This document shows, in pieces, positions 57,870 through 64,000 of a DNA stretch of 64,000 nt. Positions within the stretch are counted from its first letter, which is position 1; each line of letters starts with the position of its first letter. The notes beneath the pieces were generated by a model. That model made no database searches. It was not told the DNA's origin and saw nothing but the letters and a program-made list of their open reading frames with translations. Made by a program: the position numbers and the translations under genes. This DNA comes from Octopus sinensis (taxonomy: Eukaryota): positions 81,282,001 through 81,346,000 of the forward strand of contig NC_043006.1 of NCBI RefSeq assembly GCF_006345805.1, read 5' to 3'.

Positions 57870-58172
57870 ATATCACCGTGACCGACCAGGCTATCAGATG
57901 TTGCTACATATCGCTGGTCACAATGCGCTTCACATTGTTTTAGCCTCCAAATGACGCCACCTCGCTGGCTAAGCGAGCAGGCCAACGGAAGAAAGAGTGA
58001 GAGAAAGTTGTGACGAAAGAGTACAGCAGGGATCACCACCACCCCCTGCTGGAACCTCGAGGAGCTTTATGTGTTTTCGCTCAATAAACACTCACAACGC
58101 CCGGTCTGGGAATCGAAACCGCGATCCTACAACCACGAGTCCGCTGCCCTAACCACTGGGCCATTGCGCCTC
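57870..58172 (-). mobile_element. tRNA-derived SINE (same head, tail B)
   Basis: Head matches 29011-29394. Tail 'ggcctgctcgcttagccagc...gatagcctggtcggtcacggtgat'. Confidence 0.9.
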
Positions 58173-58271
58173 ATGTATGTATATATTATATATATATTAT
58201 ATATATATATGTATGTATATAATATGTGTATGTATATATATGTTTATGGCTGTATATATATATATATATGT

Positions 58272-58314
<43 letters not shown>

Positions 58315-58339
58315 TATATATATATATATATATATATGT

Positions 58340-58388
<49 letters not shown>

Positions 58389-58667
58389 CAACAATTGAGG
58401 GTAAAATTAATTAATTAATCAATTTCACCAGTATTCAGTATGCAAAGGGACCATTTAAGGCGAATTCAAATTATTACATTATAAAAAGGGCTTAGTAAAA
58501 TAAATTACTTTGCCGCATACTGAACTCATTAGAAATAGCAGCTAAAAAAAACTTTTTTAAAACTATTTCTAATACTTAAAGAAAACCTCTCTCATATAGT
58601 GTTTGCTCAATTCAACTCACGCAAATATGGGGGTAGAGACATTAAAAAATCAAGTGCAAAGGTTATT

Positions 58668-58720
58668 TGAGAACGTACGTTTCAAGATTAGTCAAAGTCG
58701 ACATTTCTATCATCAGCTCA
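58668..58720 (-). ncRNA. Type I hammerhead motif, array unit 1 (also at 59224-59276, 60876-60928, 61434-61486; CUGUUGA variant at 59779-59831 and 60317-60369)
   Basis: Reverse complement reads tgagCTGATGAtagaaatgtcgactttgactaatcttGAAAcgtacgTTctca at the same offset in each unit. Confidence 0.65.
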
Positions 58721-61700
58721 GAACTCCCTGGTTGGATTTGAAAACACTGAAAGTGGGAGCATACCCTTTCGGCTTCCTCTCGCTTCTGAAGATCTGCTCG
58801 TAACTAACAGTGCCAACAAACTCAAAAATGCGAGCGAAGAATTTCTGCTCTCCCATTTCCACCAGCGTGGGTTAAAATCAGTAAACACTATGCTTTTTTC
58901 GGTAAAATCCGCGGCATTTATAGAGAGAGATGAATTATAATTTCAACAATTGAGGTAAAATTAATTAATTAATCAATTTCACCAAGTATTCAGTATGCAA
59001 AGGGACCATTTAAGGCGAATTCAAATTATTACGTTATATAAAAGGGGTTAGTAAAATAAATTACTTTGCCGCATACTGAACTCATTAGAAATAGCAGCTA
59101 AAAAAAACTTTTTTAAAACTATTTCTAATACTTAAAGAAAACCTCTCTCATATAGTGTTTGCTCAATTCAACTCACGCAAATATGGGGGTAGAGACATTA
59201 AAAAATCAAGTGCAAAGGTTATTTGAGAACGTACGTTTCAAGATTAGTCAAAGTCGACATTTCTATCATCAGCTCAGAACTCCCTGGTTTGGATTTGAAA
59301 ACACTGAAAGTGGAGCATACCCTTTCGGCTTCCTCTCGCTTCTGAGATCTGCTCGTAACTAACAGTGCCAACAAACTCAAAAATGCAAGCGAAGAAATTC
59401 TGCTCTCCCCTTTCCACCAGCGTGGGTTAAAATCACTAAACACTATGCTTTTTTCGGTAAAATCCGCGGCATTATATAGAGAGAGATGAATTATAATTTC
59501 AACAATTGAGGGTAAAATTAATTAATTAATCAATTTCACCAAGTATTCAGTATGCAAAGGGACCATTTAAGGCGAATTCAAATTATTACATTATATAAAA
59601 GGGCTTAGTAAAATAAATTACTTTGCCGCATACTGAACTCATTAGAAATAGCAGCTAAAAAAAACTTTTTTAAAACTATTCTAATACTTAAAGAAAACCA
59701 CTTTCATATAGTGTTTGCTCAATCAACTCACGCAAATATGGGGGTAGAGACATTAAAAAATCAAGTGCAAAGGTTATTTGAGAACGTACGTTTCAAGATT
59801 AGTCAAAGTCGACATTTCTATCAACAGCTCAGAACTCCCTGTTTGGATTTGAAAACACTGAAAGTGGGAGCATACCCTTTCGGCTTCCTCTCGCTTCTGA
59901 AGATCTGCTCGTAACTAACAGTGCCAACAAACTCAAAAATGCAAGCGAAGAATTTCTGCTCTCCCCTTTCCACCAGCGTGGGTTAAAATCAGTAAACACT
60001 ATGCTTTTTTCGGTAAAATCCGCGGCATTATATAGAGAGAGATGAATTATAATTTCAACAATTGAGGGTAAAATTAATTAATTAATCAATTTCACCAAGT
60101 ATTCAGTATGCAAAGGGACCATTTAAGGCGAATTCAAATTATTACATTATATAAAAGGGCTTAGTAAAATAAATTACTTTGCCGCATACTGAACTCATTA
60201 GAAATAGCAGCTAAAAAAAACTTTTTTAAAACTATTTCTAATACTTAAATAAAACCTCTCTCAACTCACGCAAATATGGGGGTAGAGACATTAAAAAATC
60301 AAGTGCAAAGGTTATTTGAGAACGTACGTTTCAAGATTAGTCAAAGTCGACATTTCTATCAACAGCTCAGAACTCCCTGGTTTGGATTTGAAAACACTGA
60401 AAGTGGGAGCATACCCTTTCGGCTTCCTCTCGCTTCTGAAGATCTGCTCGTAACTAACAGTGCCAACAAACTCAAAAATGCAAGCGAAGAATTTCTGCTC
60501 TCCCCTTTCCACCAGCGTGGGTTAAAATCACTAAACACTATGCTTTTTTCGGTAAAATCCGTGGCATTATATAGAGAGAGATGAATTATAATTTCAACAA
60601 TTGAGGGTAAAATTAATTAATTAATCAATTTCACCAAGTATTCAGTATGCAAAGGGACCATTTAAGGCGAATTCAAATTATTACGTTATATAAAAGGGCT
60701 TAGTAAAATAAATTACTTTGCCGCATACTGAACTCATAAGAAATAGCAGCTAAAAAAAACTTTTTTAAAACTATTTCTAATACTTAAAGAAAACCTCTCT
60801 CATATAGTGTTTGCTCAATTCAACTCACGCAAATACGGGGGTAGAGACATTAAAAAATCAAGTGCAAAGTTTATTTGAGAACGTACGTTTCAAGATTAGT
60901 CAAAGTCGACATTTCTATCATCAGCTCAGAACTCCCTGGTTTGGATTTGAAAACACTGAAAGTGGGAGCATACCCTTTCGGCTTCCTCTCGCTTCTGAAG
61001 ATCTGCTCGTAACTAACAGTGCCAACAAACTCAAAAATGCAAGCGAAGAATTTCTGCTCTCCCATTTCCACCAGCGTGGGTTAAAATCAGTAAACACTAT
61101 GCTTTTTTCGGTAAAATCCGCGGCATTATATAGAGAGAGATGAATTATAATTTCAACAATTGAGGGTAAAATTAATTAATTAATCAATTCCACCAAGTAT
61201 TCAGTATGCAAAGGGACCATTTAAGGCGAATTCAAATTATTACACTATATAAAAGGGCTTAGTAAAATAAATTACTTTGCCGCATACTGAACTCATTAGA
61301 AATAGCAGCTAAAAAAACTTTTTTAAAACTATTTCTAATACTTAAAGAAAACCTCTCTCATATAGTGTTTGCTCAATTCAACTCACGCAAATATGGGGGT
61401 AGAGACATTAAAAAATCAAGTGCAGAGGTTATTTGAGAACGTACGTTTCAAGATTAGTCAAAGTCGACATTTCTATCATCAGCTCAGAACTCCCTGGTTT
61501 GGATTTGAAAACACTGAAAGTGGGAGCATACCCTTTCGGCTTCCTCTCGCTTCTGAAGATCTGCTCGTAACTAACAGTGCCAACAAACTCAAAAATGCAA
61601 GCGAAGAATTTCTGATGATAGAAATGTCGACTTTGACTAATCTTGAAACGTACGTTCTCAAATAACCTGTGCACTTGATTTTTTAATGTCTCTACCCCCA

Positions 61701-62160
61701 TATTTGCGTGAGTTGAATTGAGCAAACACTATATGAGAGAGGTTTTCTTTAAGTATTAGAAATAGTTTTAAAAAAGTTTTTTTTAGCTGCTATTTCTAAT
61801 GAGTTCAGTATGCGGCAAAGTAATTTATTTTACTAAGCCCTTTTATATAATGTAATAATTTGAATTCGCCTTAAATGGTCCCTTGCATACTGAATACTTG
61901 GTGAAATTGATTAATTAATAATTTTACCCTCAATTGTTGAAATTATAATTCATCTCTCTCTATATAATGCCGCGGATTTTACCGAAAAAGCATAGTGTTT
62001 ACTGATTTTAACCCACGCTGGTGGAAAGGGGAGAGCAGAAATTCTTCGCTTGCATTTTTGAGTTTGTTGACACTGTTAGTTACGAGCAGATCTTCAGAAG
62101 CGAGAGGAAGCCGAAGGGTATGCTCCCACTTTCAGTGTTTTCAATCCAACCAGGGAGTTC

Positions 62161-62213
62161 TGAGCTGATGATAGAAATGTCGACTTTGACTAATCTTGAA
62201 ACGTACGTTCTCA
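62161..62213 (+). ncRNA. Type I hammerhead ribozyme motif (inverted arm of the array)
   Basis: TGAG-CTGATGA-T-AGA-aat-GTCG-actt-TGAC-taa-TCT-T-GAAA-CGTACG-TT-CTCA. Stem I TGAG/CTCA, core CUGAUGA and GAAA, palindromic stem III, GUU cleavage triplet. The first stem II pair is a non-canonical U.U. Confidence 0.65.
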
Positions 62214-64000
62214 AATAACCTTTGCACTTGATTTTTTAATGTCTCTACCCCCATATTTGCGTGAGTTGAATTGAGCAAACACTATATGAGAGAGGTTTTC
62301 TTTAAGTATTAGAAATAGTTTTAAAAAAGTTTTTTTAGCTGCTATTTCTAATGAGTTCAGTATGCGGCAAAGTAATTTATTTTACTAAGCCCTTTTATAT
62401 AATATATATATATATATATATAAACGTATACACACACATAGAGAGAATGAGCGAGCGAGAGAGAGAGGGTTTGAGAGAAAATCTGAATCTGGTACACCGA
62501 TATATAGTGAGAATGGCAGGGACAGATAGTCCGACATACATAGAAAAGGAAAGAACATCAGAGAAGGAGGAAGAGAGAAAGAGGAATAGAGAAAGAGAAA
62601 GCGACTCTATAATTTTATTTTATAAAAGTGTTTGTGTATTCAATACACGTAATACCATATGTTTATCACTTCAAAACTTGAAATTTGACAATGAAATTAC
62701 TCCAAGCATCTTCGGTGTAGTAATTATCGTGTCGAATCTCACTGGTAAATCTTCTCAAAATAGCCAGTTAAAATTTGTGAACGCTGAGAGCATACTGCAA
62801 TGACGTCATCCAATGATCGTTGATAGCGTGACAGCTGCAACACTATAATTTTAAAAGTTCAAGATATCAACATGTGTGTCCAGAGTATATTTTTTATATG
62901 GAAATAGTTGTTGTTGATGCTTTGTTGAATCCTGTATTACCGTTCATTGACCAGTACATTCTGGTATTAAATAATGGTTATACCTGCGTTTTCTTCCGTC
63001 CGTTTACTTTTCGTGTTCAAATACTGTCGAGGTGCACTTTGCCTTTCTTTCAATTGGGTTCGATAAAATATGGTATATGTCAAGTACTGAGGTCACAATA
63101 ATAATCTAACTCCCCTGGCGCTAAATACCTATATTAGGAACTGTCAATTTACTGAATTCAGTCATTGGACTGCGGTCATACCGTAGCTCAACTTTCAACA
63201 GTTTTAGTTGAAAGTTACAATCATCGTAATGATGAATAAATAATACCAAAACTTTTTCCCAATCTCCTGAGTAACATGTGTGTATGTGTGTGTGTGTGCG
63301 TGTGTGTACTTATGTATATACATATAAATATATGTATACACACACACACATACATACACACACATATGTAATGTATACGCCCGAAACGTAAAAGACGTTC
63401 CACTTTTCCCAAGCGTCAAACTACTATACTTGCTTGTTGTTCCTACATCTGGCCTCGTCTTTGTTTTTATATATATACATACATCCTGCTTCCCCCCTCT
63501 CTCTCACATGTTTTGGCCCTGTCTTTCTTTAAATCCCACTATTTCCCACTCGTTTATCTCCCCTGTAACTTTCTCTTTGTCTTTGATTTTTTCTAATCCT
63601 TCAATTCCGCAGCCCCCTACCCATCTCTCCTCCTTCCACGTGACCGGTGTCCGGCCAGCTATGATCTTTCTTTCTGGGCCTGACTGCCGACCGCCAACGC
63701 TTCTTACGTCCATCTCCTATGCTCTTGCTTTAGGCTTTCACTTCATACACGCCAGCCCAATCGAATTCATTGTCAGTCGAAAGGCATCTGTTGTTTTATT
63801 CTTGTGTGTATTCGTAAAAGTGTACCATGTTTTTCGTTTTTTGTCTTTTTTTGTGTACTATGTTCTCCGTTTTTTTCTTTGTTGCCGTACACATTCGGTA
63901 GCTTTCTTACAAAGGTGTCTAATGCTCTTAGCTTAGACTTTTGTTCGAACCGACTCAAGTGTAACTGCCCAAAATGGTCATGACTTCAGGTACTTGACTG

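Larger units (their letters stand above)
58381..62403. repeat. Tandem array of ~559-bp units (5 full plus 1 partial forward, then ~1.4 units inverted), each with a hammerhead motif; candidate retrozyme / Penelope pLTR-derived array
   Basis: The unit start 'tataatttcaacaattgagg' recurs at 58381, 58936, 59492, 60048, 60587 and 61146. From 61612 the sequence is the reverse complement of the unit. Both outer ends abut (TA)n. Confidence 0.95.

Noticed and set aside
58750-58805. Possible HDV-like ribozyme or second hammerhead (GAGCA..GGCTTCCTCTCGCTTCTGAAGA..TGCTC) in the unit
   Set aside because: P1/P1.1 and the GAAA partner could not be placed; only a generic stem is supported.
58603-62218. Repeated 60-110 aa ORFs (MLNSTHANMGVETLKNQ...) in the array
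   Set aside because: The reading frame differs between units and no domain is recognisable; they are by-products of the repeat.
58381-62403. CRISPR-like or simple satellite interpretation of the array
   Set aside because: There are no unique spacers and the context is eukaryotic. The inversion, TA-primed ends and HHR motif argue against a plain satellite.
62351-63936. 150-aa and 168-aa ORFs
   Set aside because: They run through low-complexity or repeat-derived sequence with no recognisable homology.

Overview
AT-rich, microsatellite-saturated animal DNA. The SINE repertoire and the (TA)n/(TATC)n/(CATA)n density suggest an octopod cephalopod, but that is an inference. No intact host gene is evident, and nearly all ORFs in the track are simple-repeat artefacts. 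Recognisable content includes a near full-length but frameshifted RTE-clade LINE (37164-40975) and a cluster of four R4/Dong-type RLE LINE fragments in trinucleotide repeats (16233-20910). There is also a decayed DD37D (maT-type) transposase, decayed Penelope-like RT fragments, three non-autonomous Helitrons, a Tigger-like MITE and many tRNA-derived SINEs of at least four families. The most interesting signal is a set of non-coding elements carrying type I hammerhead ribozyme (HHR) motifs and ending at (TA)n tracts. The largest is a ~4-kb array of ~559-bp units (58381-62403) with one HHR motif per unit and an internal inversion that breaks exactly at the HHR core. The others are a ~290-bp palindrome with an HHR in each arm (49595-49885) and a dispersed family with minimal HHRs. 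Together they suggest a Penelope-mobilised retrozyme/circular-RNA system. Ribozyme activity and novelty cannot be established from the sequence alone.
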